Assembly (NCBI GenBank): GCA_965153455.1 | Contig: OZ234493.1 | Location: forward strand, 32,230,213-32,294,212 | Source of the DNA: Sphagnum compactum | Lineage: Eukaryota | Direction of reading: 5' to 3' | Length of the DNA stretch: 64,000 nt | Shown: positions 1 to 11,781 of the stretch, piece after piece | Position numbering within the stretch: position 1 is the first letter of the stretch | How the letters are laid out: every line of letters begins with the position of its first letter | The notes under the pieces: generated by a model | What the model saw: only the letters and a program-made list of their open reading frames with translations | Told to the model about the DNA's origin: nothing | Databases searched by the model: none | Program-made: the position numbers and the translations under genes

Positions 1-397
1 AGTCTAAGCGGTCGGTGACGTTGCAGAGAGAAAAAGACGAAAAACAGGATGAGCAGCGACCTGGAAAAGAAGAGCACTGGCTTCGCAGAGTACCAACTCC
101 ACCCATGATGCCACAATATGCATGCGGCCATACAATAGTATTATTTTTCACATTCCAGATTTAGGGTTTAGTAATGATTTTTTTTTTCCCCAGCTCACCC
201 ATCAAACTAAAATTGGGATTGCAAATAGGTAGGAAACTGAAATTGGGATTGCAAATAGGTAGGAGGCTTAGGTACCTACTAGGTAATAGCAACCCATCTC
301 GTCCAATCAAATCAGCGAGCCAATCAACAGCACGTGTTAGGCTTTGCTACTGTGCATTTTGCCAGCCTCGGCAAAGCATCTTGTGCGAATAAAAAAA

Positions 398-540
398 TGC
401 TGAGCCAAAACCATTTTGCTGAGCCAAACCAGCATGTTAACTGTTTGTTTTGCTGAGCCAAAACCCGCATGTTAACTATTTTGCTGAGCCAAACAAACCA
501 GCTTGTTAACTATTTTGCTGAGCCAAACCAGCATGTTTTG
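398..540. repeat. Short tandem array with core TGCTGAGCCAAA (5 copies)
   Basis: TGCTGAGCCAAA recurs five times with similar spacers. The reverse-complement core (TTTGGCTCAG) forms an array inside the MITE at 49640-50515. Confidence 0.8.
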
Positions 541-835
541 ACTTACTTTCTTCATCCCAAGATTATTTGTTGTTCAGTGCTCTAACTCCATAATCAAAAT
601 TCCCCTGAATGCCATTTCTCAATGTTACAAATTACAATGCCCTTTACCCTAAGGTCAGTTTCGTCATTCAATAATCCTCAAAATAGTGAAACTAATTTTT
701 TGTGGAAAATATGAAGTTGACATGTTAAAAATCATGATATTTATGATTAGGTTACACCCTGAATAATAATTTCATTATTCATATGACAATATCATAGTAG
801 ATCATGGAAAAAATAATAATTTCACAATTAAAAAA

Positions 836-1140
836 CTAATCACAGTGGTTAGCTATGTACTAACCATCCAAATGTATCTCTCTACCTACATAGTAGTAGC
901 CACCAAGTGCCTAGTAACCCATTTACCTACATACATAGTGACAACTTACATTCCTACCTACTAACCTACAAGTGGATCCTACGTACCTAGGATAAGTATC
1001 CTCTTACATGTATGGTAGTTTGCCAGTATGTAGTGTGAGGGGGAAGTAGGAGGGTTTACATGATAGGTAACTAAACTCAGTTGTGAATGAATGAATGAAT
1101 CACAACAGATTCATAACAGATTTCCAATGGATGGGACACT
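836..1140. repeat. Dispersed repeat family copy (CTAATCACAGTGGTTAGCTATGTA... type)
   Basis: Similar sequence starts at ~47788 (CTAACCACAGTGGTTGAGCTACG) and ~58537 (CTAATCATAGTGGTTAGCTATGTA). Boundaries are approximate. Confidence 0.55.
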
Positions 1141-1401
1141 AGTGCTTGCTGGTGGATCACATAATCATCCCATTTCCAGGACCATTTCCTATTTGAACTT
1201 TTTGCTTTGTTAGGAAGGAATGGTGAGTTCTCTCTTTGAAGCCCTGAGCAAGCTCATGCAAAATCAAGTCATGTTCACATGCACCAAAATGCCATGTGCT
1301 TTGGGCAGACATTTACAAGAAGACTAGCCTAGTTGCTCCTTCCTACTCCTTTTGGCAGTTTTAGAAACAAACAGTCTGAAAATGGCAGGTCAGGTAATTT
1401 C

Positions 1402-1957
1402 CAGTGTTGAACTGGTATATATATACATAGGGTCAGAGACGGGTATCAATACTGGTATCAAGTGCCCCCAACTGTGTGGTATCACCTAAGTCTGGTACCA
1501 GTTTAATACCAGTACCAGCTGGTAGGGAATTGATGTAAATATCCATCTACATACCCGGAATATACCTGCCATATATCAGCCCAAAATCGGTATTGAACCT
1601 AATACCAGTACCCGGTGGGTATCAAACTCTTTTTAAACAGCCGATACCAGCACCAGACGGGTGTCAAAAAAACCTATCTAACTGTGCCAATACCGTTACC
1701 AGCACCAGCTGGTATCAAAAGAAGTTGATACCAGATCAAAGGTGCATTCACACTTGGTGTTGTTAAGGACTCTAGTATTGAGTGCCCTAACACCAAGCTA
1801 GTCGTTTAGGACCGAAACCTATTTATCATGAAGATTTCATGTTAAGTTAACATTCACTTGATATTAAACAATCACCCATTTAACATTGGTTGCCACCATA
1901 AGATGTCACCTAGATTTTCACTTAACATTAGGTGTGAATGAATGCACCTCAACACTG
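1402..1957. mobile_element. Non-autonomous hAT-like element/MITE
   Basis: Termini CAGTGTTGA...TCAACACTG. Flanks GTAATTTC/ATCATTTC (6/8) fit a degenerate 8-bp TSD. Interior is rich in GGTAT/ATACC subterminal motifs. Confidence 0.7.
1741..1948. mobile_element. MITE with GGTGCATTCACAC TIR, nested in the right TIR of the hAT-like element
   Basis: Termini GGTGCATTCACACTTG...GTGTGAATG(AATG)CACC. A second copy lies in the opposite orientation at 47908-48099. Confidence 0.8.
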
Positions 1958-2219
1958 ATCATTTCCAGCTGTGAAATGAACTTGTGTGCAGCATATTCAG
2001 TTACAATGTCCTATGAAGGGTGGGTGTAGAGTGTTTTGCTCATTGTGGATCAGAAGGGGCTAGAGTGAACCTAACAGCCACAAGCACCAGCTAGGTATGA
2101 CTCAGTTGTGGATGAACCCATACTGTGTTGACATGGGGCGGTATCCTCTCCAGTAGAATAGGTGCTCCAAGTGCAGAGGTAGATAAGCTAGAATGTGACT
2201 ATTGCTAAGTCAATGCATG

Positions 2220-2682
2220 TGTGAACGGTCGGTCTATTTCCTCCATTGCAAAGTTGAATGAAATCAACACAAGAAAAAAAATAGACTGGCTGGTAAGAAA
2301 GAAATAGTATATATGCAGATAGTCACAAGCGGTAGAAGAGGAGAAGTAAGAATTGCAAAGAACAATGCATAGTCACAAGAGGTAGAAGAGGAGAAGTAAG
2401 AATTGCAAAGCACAGTGGATTGTCCCTTCTATTTCCATAGTCTGGTTTAAATACATGTGGATCCTTACAAAACCCAAAAATGGTCATGTAAACTTAGGAC
2501 ATAATTCAGAGGTGGCGGTTGATTCCCTGATTTGCAGTAGATATTTTAGTATGTATCTCTGAGTTACTTATATTTCTAAAATTGCTTCTACAGTCAACTA
2601 GTTATCAAGAACCTTCTAAAGAGCTTCCAGAAGCTGTTTCTAGAAATTTCTAGAATGATTTGGTACTATCTGATTTCTAACA
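2220..2682 (-). repeat. 3' LTR of the copia element
   Basis: Reads TG...CA on the minus strand and is homologous to 7443-7843. It carries a private ~50-bp tandem duplication (~2319-2410). Confidence 0.9.
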
Positions 2683-2707
2683 CTCCCACTTGGTATCAAA
2701 TCCCAAG

Positions 2708-5700
2708 TCATTGGAGACGTATCCTTTCCATGCATTGATAATGCTTTGATCTAGGGATCACTTTCGTCAACAAATCAACATTTATCTCATTAGTGTTGTA
2801 ATATTTAAATGTGACTACATTTATCCTAACCAATTCTCTAACATAATGGTGGCATATGTCAATATGTTTCAACCTCCAATTCTCTAACATAATGGTGGCG
2901 TATGTCAATATGTTTCAACCTACTATGACGGACCAGATTCTTCATGAGGGAAATACTTCCCTAGTTGTTTGTAAGAATTTGCTTTGGCTCCTTATGATGA
3001 AAACCAAGTTCAGCAAGGAATGTCCTCAGCCACATAGCTCCCTTGTAGCTTGAAAAGTTGACATGTATTCTACTTCTATGGTTGAAAGCACCACCATTGT
3101 TTGTCTTTATTAGACCAATTAACAGCTCCTTTAGCTAGTAAAAACACAAAACTGTTGTTGACCTTTTGCTATCAATGTCTCCTCCCCAATCCACATCACA
3201 TGAACTAGTGACAACTACATCACACTATGGTTTGCTAGACGCTATGTATTGAAGCCACAAGTCTTTTGTGCCCTATAAGTATTTAAATATTCTTTTCACC
3301 GCTTTCCAATGACCCAATCTTGGTGATTCAACAAACTTACTTATTATTCCAACTACAATAGCAATGTCAAGCCGAAATAACGATCATAGCATACATTAGG
3401 CAACCTATTATTTCTCTATAAGGCACTCCTTCCATCTCTTTTGACTCTTTTGCTATCATTGGTTCCATAGACTTACAAAATCTAGAACTAATGTCAAGAG
3501 GTGTGCTTATGGGTCTACATTTTTCCGTACCAAAAAATTTGAATTTATTTTCTATATAATTTCTTTGACATAGTTGATAGTTTTTGTTGTTCTCTTGCGA
3601 ATAACTTGTATCCCAAGACAAAATTCTATCTATCCAAGGTCTATCATTTCAAACTCATTGTTCAAAAAAGTTTTAACATTAGTAATAGAATTTATACTCT
3701 CACTCAAAATGAGTAAATCATCAACATACAATGGTAGAAATACTTGTATAGTTCTCTTATCTCTAAGGACATACACACTTTGGTTTGATGTGCACCTTTT
3801 AAAGCTGATTTTTCGTACATAAGAATTGATTTTTGTGTTCCACACATGTTGGACCTATTTCAAGCCGTATATGGATTTCTTAAATTTGCACACCAAATTC
3901 GTTTTATGAGCAACTTCATATCCCTCCGGTTGCCTCATGTACACATTTTCAATGAGTTCTCCATTTAGGAAAGCACTTTTCACATCCATATGATGGATTT
4001 CAAAATTGGAGATTGCTACAAGGGCAAACAAGGTTTTGATAAATGTGAATTTAGCAACCAGAACAAATGTTTCAAAAAAATCAACTCTTTTGGTCTACGC
4101 AAAACCTTTTATTACCAAACAAGCCTTGTATCTATTTATGTCGTTGTTCGCATTTTTTTAAAATTCTAAAGACCCATTTACTTCCTATGGCTTTTTTTCC
4201 TTTTGGAAGTTTCGTTAAAAGCCAAATTTTGGTCTTCAACAATGCATTGTATTCATCATTTGTGACTTCTTTCCAGATTGATTTGTCTTCTCTTCCCAAG
4301 GCTTCAAAAATTGTCATCGATTTGTCTATTGTTGCGACGCATGCAAAATCTAGGAATCTTGAAGGCGATCCTTTTACAAGTCAAGAATATCTCCTAGTTT
4401 GAGTTGTTGGTTCCTTAGTACCTCGCTCCACTTGTTGGTTATGCATATAGGTTGAACCTATGCCTCCAATGATGAAACATCATCGAAATTTGTTTCCAAA
4501 TATTGGTAAATCAACTCCAATAATTTCCCTTTTTGACCAATTTTGAACTCCCTCATCAGAGTTGATTTACCAATATTTGGAGACAATGTTGATGACATTT
4601 CGTCATTGGAAGCACAGGTTCAACCTATGCATAACTAGCAAGTGGAGTGAGGTACTAAAGAACCAATAATTCAAACTAAAATATATTCTCAACTTGTAAA
4701 AATAGCACCTTCAAGACTCCTAGATTTTGCATGCATCAGAACAATAGACAAACCAATCATAGTTTTTGAAGCCTTGGGAAAAGAAGATGGATCATTTTGG
4801 AAAAAAGCTGCACATGATGAATATAATTCAAAATTGAAGAATGAAATTTGGCTTTTAACAAAACTTCCAAAAGGAAAAAAGGTCATAGGAAGTAAATGGG
4901 TTTTTAAAATCAAATGAAAAGCTAGTAATGACATAGATAGATACAAGGCACGTTTGGTAGCAAAAGGTTTTACTAAAAAAAGGGAGACCATCCTGGTAAA
5001 TCATTTGGATGATGGAGTTCATGGACAAGGCTTTTAGTGTGGTCAAACAGCTCATACAAGTTGTGATCCAAAATAAATTTAGTTGCTGCATCAACCTATC
5101 TCCCACTACTCCCAAAATGCTCAATTGTTGGGTTGAACCATCTCCCATTGCTTTTAGAATGTTGGTATGTTTTAAAAGGTCTCCCATTGCCAGTGGAGTC
5201 TTCCCATGCACATGGTTAGAAGATGTTACAATTTTGTTGAAGATCATGTCGTGACTTAAAATCAACTTTCCTATAGCGATGTTGATTAATTTGTACACTT
5301 TGGAATATGCACTATAACCCACAAAATACATTTGGTACTTTTGGGCTCAAATTTTGATTTGTGTGTTATTTCTGATTTGAGTGCATACACAAGGCAACCA
5401 AAGACATTGAAATATTTCATTGTTGCTTTCTTCCACTCCATAACTCTTCTGGCATCACATTCATTACCGCCTTGTAAGGACATTCAGCACAAAGGTGAAC
5501 TGTTGTGTTCATTGCCTTTGCTCAATATTTCATCTGCACCCATCTGTGATGGAACATGCATTGAGTTGCTTCAACAACAATTTGATTGAACCTTTCTACC
5601 ACATCATTCTGTTGCGAGGTGTATGGAGTTGAAAACTAATGTTGGATCCCATTATCTATGAGAAAAGATGTGAAAGTTTTTATGTGAATTCACCACCATT

Positions 5701-7420
5701 ATCACTTCTCAAAACTTTTATCTTATTCTTGATTTTAGTTTTTACAAACGGTTTGAACTCAAACTTTTTTAAACATTCTCTTTTATTCTTCAAGAAATAG
5801 TAAAATATTTTTCTAAAAAAATCATCAATGAATGTTTAAAAGCAATTAACCCCACCAAAAGATGGTATCTTGGTTGGTCCCCATACATCAAAGTGCACCA
5901 ATCCTAATAGTTTGCTAACCCTTGAAGCTCCCGAGGTTGGAAAAGGTTCTCTATGTTGTTTACCAAACACAAAACCTTCACAAAAATTCAAGTTCTCTTG
6001 GGATTTGAGAATAAGCCCTTCCACCAAAAAAAATTGCGAACGTAACTTCAAGTCTTCAACTCCTAGACGTCCAAATCATTGGTGCCATAAATCAATGTTA
6101 CCACCTCCATGGGCCTCTGTTACTTGGGCATTTTCCACTTCATGCATGTGGAAGGCTGCAACTTGAGCGACTTCCATGTAAGTCCATTTTGGAGTGACTA
6201 CAATTGGGCCATTGATGTCACTAACACTCTTCCCTCCAAGTAACTTTATGCTACAATTTAGTTTGTAAAGGCAATTTTCACACAAACCAACCCCGACCAC
6301 CTTCAAATCCTTTTTGATGACACAAAAAATCTTGTCAAACTCAAAAACATTGTTTAACGAAGTTTCTTTACTCACTGAAAAAAAAAATTCGCTATCTTAA
6401 GAATGTACAAGACATTCATGAAAACATTATGAAGTTTTTTGTCTCCCACTATCATGGTGACCTCAATGTCTCCCATGCCAACTGCTAATAACGTCGTGTC
6501 AACTCCCAAGTAAATTTACATGGGTGGAATCTTAGTGTATATTTTGAACCAATCCCTTTTATGGGATAGGTGGATAGAAGTTCCAAATTCAATGTACCAA
6601 GTGTCATTATCCAAAATGTTTGACAAAGATGACATGGATGTTTGACCATTGCTCGATACATTGTCCATGCTCACATTGTCTATAATAATATTAATTTAGT
6701 TTCTTTTGCCTTCCTATTTCTCACCTCAGCTTTCCATTTTTTACATTATCAAGCCCAACGACTGCAACTGGCACAATAGTTACAAACATCATTGCTTTTG
6801 TTTCATCCCTTCTAGCCCACCTTAGGTGTCAGGGTTAGTGCTATCTCTCCACCAACTTGTGAAATCTCAATTTTTTCTTTCCTTATGAGCTCTTCGTTAA
6901 AAAGCTTAATGCTCACATCCTGCCACTTCCAATCCCCAACTTTGGATGATTCCAAGGAAGTAATCAAGGTTTGGTAACTGTTTGATAGACTCATCAACAT
7001 AACCATCACCTTGACCTCTTTCAAAATGGCAGCTTCAATGGTGTCTAGTTCATAGGCCATTGCACCAAGCTTGTTTTAAGTGTTGCTCCATCGTCTCGAG
7101 TGGTTCCATTCGAGACATGAAAAATTTGCAAATGAGGAAAATCTTGTTTGCAAGCCCCTTGTCAACATGTTGTTTTTGAAAAGCTTCCCAAATCCCCTTA
7201 GTAGTTGTCTCTTTCCTGACACTCATGAGCTGGATATCAAAAAGACCCTAAATAAAGAAGTTTAGAACTTGTTTTCATAAGCAAGAAGTTCAACAACATG
7301 ATTTGTTTCTAGCTTCACTTCTTCTCCACTAACCAACCCCTAAAGTTCTTTGGCTTTGAGCAATGCCTCTACTTTGAATTTCCACAACATGAAATTCTTT
7401 CCCTCAAACTTCTCAATGAC
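2708..7420 (-). pseudogene. Copia gag-pol, disrupted by stops and frameshifts
   Basis: Gag KFEGKNFMLWKFK; integrase CEGFVFGKQHREPFP...LVHFDVWGP and FGCLVY; RT KKAIGSKWVF and LYVDDLLI; RNase H KHIDICHHYVRE. Confidence 0.9.
4100..4971. repeat. Long inverted duplication (~420-bp arms, ~41-nt spacer) inside copia pol
   Basis: 4501-4517 TATTGGTAAATCAACTC pairs with 4559-4575 GAGTTGATTTACCAATA. The RT N-terminus is encoded on both strands. Confidence 0.9.
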
Positions 7421-7429
7421 CCCGTACTA

Positions 7430-7442
7430 TGGGTCCATATCC
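7430..7442 (-). promoter_or_regulatory. Primer-binding site, half-tRNA-iMet type
   Basis: Minus strand GGATATGGACCCA abuts the 5' LTR. It is an 11/13 match to GGTTATGGGCCCA, the complement of the initiator tRNA-Met anticodon arm. Confidence 0.65.
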
Positions 7443-7843
7443 TATGAACTATTTCCTCCATTGCAAAGTTGAATGAAATCTATAGAAGAAGAAAATATAC
7501 TAACTGGCGAGAAACAATATACGTAGATAGTCACAAGAAGTAGAAGAGGAAAAGTAAGAATTGCAAAAAATAGTGGATTGTCCGTTCTATTTCCATAGGC
7601 TGGTTTAAATACAAATATGTGGATCCATTAGAAACCAAAAAATGGTCACATAAACTTATGACATAACTCAGCAGTGGCGGTTGATTCCCTGATTTGCAAT
7701 AGATAGATTAATTCCCTGATTAATCTATAACTCTAAGTTACTTATATATCTAGAATTGCTTTTAAAATTAACTAATTATTAAAAAAAATCTAAAGAACTT
7801 CTAGAAATTTATAGAATGATTTGGTACCATCTAATCTCTAATA
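7443..7843 (-). repeat. 5' LTR of the copia element
   Basis: Homologous to 2220-2682. Both terminal dinucleotides are altered by single transitions. Confidence 0.9.
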
Positions 7844-10800
7844 ACATGCATATCATCACAAATTTGCTCCCTTCATATATATATATTTTTTAAATATTTA
7901 ACAATGTGCTCAAGATTAAGTGTTAAAAAAATCATTGAGATGATGTTATGATAGCATTATAACATATTGTGATGATTGATCATTGTATTGCCATGCCATT
8001 ACAACATCATATCAATGATTTATTAACATTTCATTGGCATTTAACTTTGTGTTAGATTTTAGTTTCAGCCCAATGGTTTTTTTTCCATTTTGTAATTTTT
8101 CAATCATTATAAAATGATGTATATTTATGTATAATATCATGATACCTTGGCCATTTCATCACATGTTTGTCAAATAATTAATATATTTTGAGAAGTTAAT
8201 TTCATCAAATATTTATCAAGTATGCAATTCCCACCCATTTCAACATTTTTGAAAATATTGTAATTATTGTCGAAGAGCACTAGACATTTGGAGCATTGGT
8301 TGCATGAGGGATGATAAGATACATCCTTCAAAAAAAAATTGCTTTCAAACATTCACACCATTCTGCTTTCGATAACTTTCTTGGCCAAACCCATGTTTAG
8401 AGTCAATAAGCCATTGTTGATCTCAAAACAAACTATGCGTGTGATGTGGCAAAATATTCCATAGCTTGTCAGAGAATATTTTGCCATGTCATTAAATAAT
8501 TTTCATGTGGCAAACGAATATACTAAAAATATTCCATGACCTGGCATAAAATATTCTCTAAGATTCCTTATTCATATTTTTTATTCATCTGAGCAGGTTT
8601 CCTTACTCATGCTTGCTCGCTCACTTGCTAGTGTCATTGCAAATTCACATACTAGTTGGTTCATTTATTAGCATTCCAATGCTAGCCAATAATCCGCAAC
8701 AAATGTTTGATTGCATCAAATGGAATGATTGAGTAAGAATGATTTGATGATGTTGGTTTATAAGAGTGAAGTAGTTGTTGGAAAGAATTTCTAGCCATGT
8801 TTAATTACCAATTCTGCCCTGGCCATGGCTTAATAACATAATGACTTACATGGTGATCCAAGTGGCTTTTATTTTGAAGGTAGCAATTGCCATGGTTAAG
8901 GCAGAAATGTTGGAAGCTATCTGTTGATCCCCAACTTTTCATGCAACCTACTAGTGGTCATTGAGTTCAATTGACCTTAGGCCTTCAAGTCACAATTTCC
9001 AACTACTGCATGAAGGATTATATGTAGCCCAATGATCATTAAGATGATCAATTCACCTTAAATAGGCTTTTAAATGGGATCTAGCTACTAGAAGGTTTAT
9101 ATTCATGTGATTCATTTACTTCCAAGATTATGCAAATTGCTTATTGGAACGATTAACCAAATTGTTCATAATGTTTACATATGTTAATGTGCATTACATT
9201 ATCTAACCATGTTGATTGTGTGTAAAGTACACAGTCAAGTGTATTGCATGTTTCATTACATAGTAGCTTAAATGGTAATATGGGTGGCTTCAATTTTGAA
9301 GGTATTGTGCCAATTGCCAAGGCCAGGGCTGAAATTTCAAATCTTGTTGATCCCTAATTATTATATGAAACTAAAGAGCATGAAGCGACTAAGCAAGGTT
9401 TGACAAGCTATGAGTGCCCATGTAAATGTTGCCATGGTGCAAAACAACATAACTAACACATAATCAAAAAACATTTGCGACAATATGGGCATGATCCATA
9501 TTTCCAATGGCCAATGGTCATAAGTACACTTGTACTTTAAAACATAATTCAAAACAATAAAACATTGGCAATGTTATTAGGTTAATAAGCCATAATGTGT
9601 GAGGTAGCAATTATGAAAATTTGTTTGAAAAGTTGGGTGAAAAATAACATTAAACTTGTTTGATATAATGATTTTCAGCATCCAAAAGTTTTTTCTGGTC
9701 AATTTTGCAATATACAACCAAAGTGGTGATGATCAACAATAAGGAACTAAGCCAAAAAACTACATGCATCTTTTTTTATTATTATTGCCATTGTTAGGTA
9801 AATCCAAATTACATGTGGTTGCTAAATTTGGTTTGCAGGTGCAATCAAAAGCACGTGTAGTAGATGATAATGGTGATGATATGGATGATGAAATGTTGAA
9901 CCAAAGAGGTCGAACGTGTTGGCTAATTTACATACATTGGATGCACAAGTTCAAATCACCAAAATGGTTAATGAAACCTTTACTAAGATTGATGGGTTAT
10001 AATAGGTATGTGCAAAAGAAACCTAGATGAAGGTCTGCCATTGGAAGATAATGCAAAAGATGTGGAAAGTCCCCAACAAAATGAGGGATGCACAAAAGTC
10101 CTCATGGAGTCATTATTTACAAAAAGCAACAACCCCATTGTACACAAGGTGTCTTGCACAAACATGTTGTTAGCCATCTTATTGTTGTTTGATTTGAACA
10201 TAGTTCATGGCATTGCCAACACTTTCATCGATGAATTGTTCTCTTTGTTACAAAAGGAATTGTTGCCAAAAGGCAACAAAATGCCAACAACAAGCTATGA
10301 GGCTTGCAAAATTATTAAGACATTTGGTTTGACTTATGAATCAATACATGCTTATACCAACAATTGTATGTTTTTTCAGAACACACACAAACATGTTGAT
10401 GTGTGTCCCACATGCAAAACCAATAGGTTTGTGGATGGGTCAACTACAATTCCATGTAAAGTGCTATGACACTTCCCCTTGATTCCAAGATTAATAAATA
10501 TGTATAGATGTAAGTTAGTGGTAGAATTAATGACTTGGCACAAAATGGGTGCTAGTTTAGATGGCATGGTTCGAAGTGCGGCATATTTTGCCACTTGGAA
10601 ACATATTGATGAAAAATGGCAAAAATTTGTTGGCGATCATGTAACATTAAATTGGGCTTGGCACTTGATGGGGTCAACCCATTTGGTGACCTAAGTTCAT
10701 GCCATTCAACATGGCCAATGGTGTTACTAAATTATAACCTCCCACCATGGTTGGTGACAAAAAGATATTTTTTAATGGTGGCCTTGATCATCCTTAAAAA

Positions 10801-10896
10801 GGAGTCATGCATACTTGCAACCTTTAATTGAAGAGTTGCAAATCTTGTGGAATGGCCTTAATGTGTTAGATACATACACAAGTGCAAAATTTAGCT

Positions 10897-11169
10897 GGGT
10901 GAAAATCCTTTAAAGTGTACCACATGAAATGAAAGGGCCTAATCTTTACTGCAGTCCTTTATTACCCTATATTTTGATCCCCACAAAAAATAATGAATCA
11001 AAAGTTGTCAAAGTTTTTAGAAGGACTATATTCTAGACTATTACAATTTTAGATTCCATCATAATCATTCATAAATGTGTCTTTACATGGTAAAAAATGA
11101 TTAGGTAAAGAAGACAAAAAAAGGTGACGTTGTGCCAAGATTTTGGTATACTTAAAAAAATTTGCACCC
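10897..11169. mobile_element. 273-bp TIR element, GGGTG...CACCC ends, 4-bp TSD
   Basis: TIR GGGTGAAAATCCTTTAAAGTGTACCA versus GGGTGCAAATTTTTTTAAGTATACCA (21/26). TSD AGCT/AACT. Removing it restores the transposase reading SAKFNLKTIYMWSIHDFP. Confidence 0.8.
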
Positions 11170-11332
11170 AACTTGAAAACCATCTATATGTGGAGCATAC
11201 ATGACTTTCCAACATATGGTTTGTTTGCAGATTGTGTTACCAAAGGGCATGTGGGATGCCCAAGTGTGTGTGGTCTAGGTACAGAACTCGATCTTTAAAA
11301 AAAGTAAATAAAATGGTATATTATGGGGCATG

Positions 11333-11781
11333 GGGTCCAACCATTCTATTAGGAGCCGCATATGCCCCATTATACCACTACTTTATTCCTAAAATCTTAT
11401 TGGAATTTTTTAAATACGTCTTTCAAAAAAATATAAAAAATCCTTAAAGTTTTTTAAATATTATTATGTTAAGGTGTATATTAAAAATATCCAAAAACAT
11501 GCCATTAAAAAATATTTTCAAATTGTTCTTTTAGTGTCAAAATTGCTATAAACTGTTTTTATGTAGCTTTTAAGTAATGGTTACAAGAGGTTAAAAATCC
11601 TTACATGTATTTCTCACTCATTAGTTTGCTTCCAAATTTTTATGACGTGTACATAATGTATTCACAATAACATTTTATTAAACAAAATCTATTTATTATT
11701 ATTATTATTTTACAATCCAAAATTCAAAAAATTAAGTAATGGTTACGACTACTTTTGGTACATGTTAGTATGATTGCACCC
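11333..11781. mobile_element. 449-bp TIR element, GGGT...ACCC ends, 4-bp TSD
   Basis: TIR GGGTCCAACCATTCTA versus GGGTGCAATCATACTA (13/16). TSD CATG/CATG. Removing it restores KMVYYGACKYLPKTHPY. Confidence 0.8.

Larger units (their letters stand above)
2220..7843 (-). mobile_element. Full-length degenerate Ty1/copia LTR retrotransposon
   Basis: Two LTRs (2220-2682, 7443-7843); 5-bp TSD GCATG/ACATG; PPT AAGTGGGAG next to the 3' LTR; minus-strand gag, integrase, RT and RNase H fragments in copia order. Confidence 0.93.

Noticed and set aside
1..130. 5' end of a neighbouring gene
   Set aside because: The fragment is too short to assign a frame or product.
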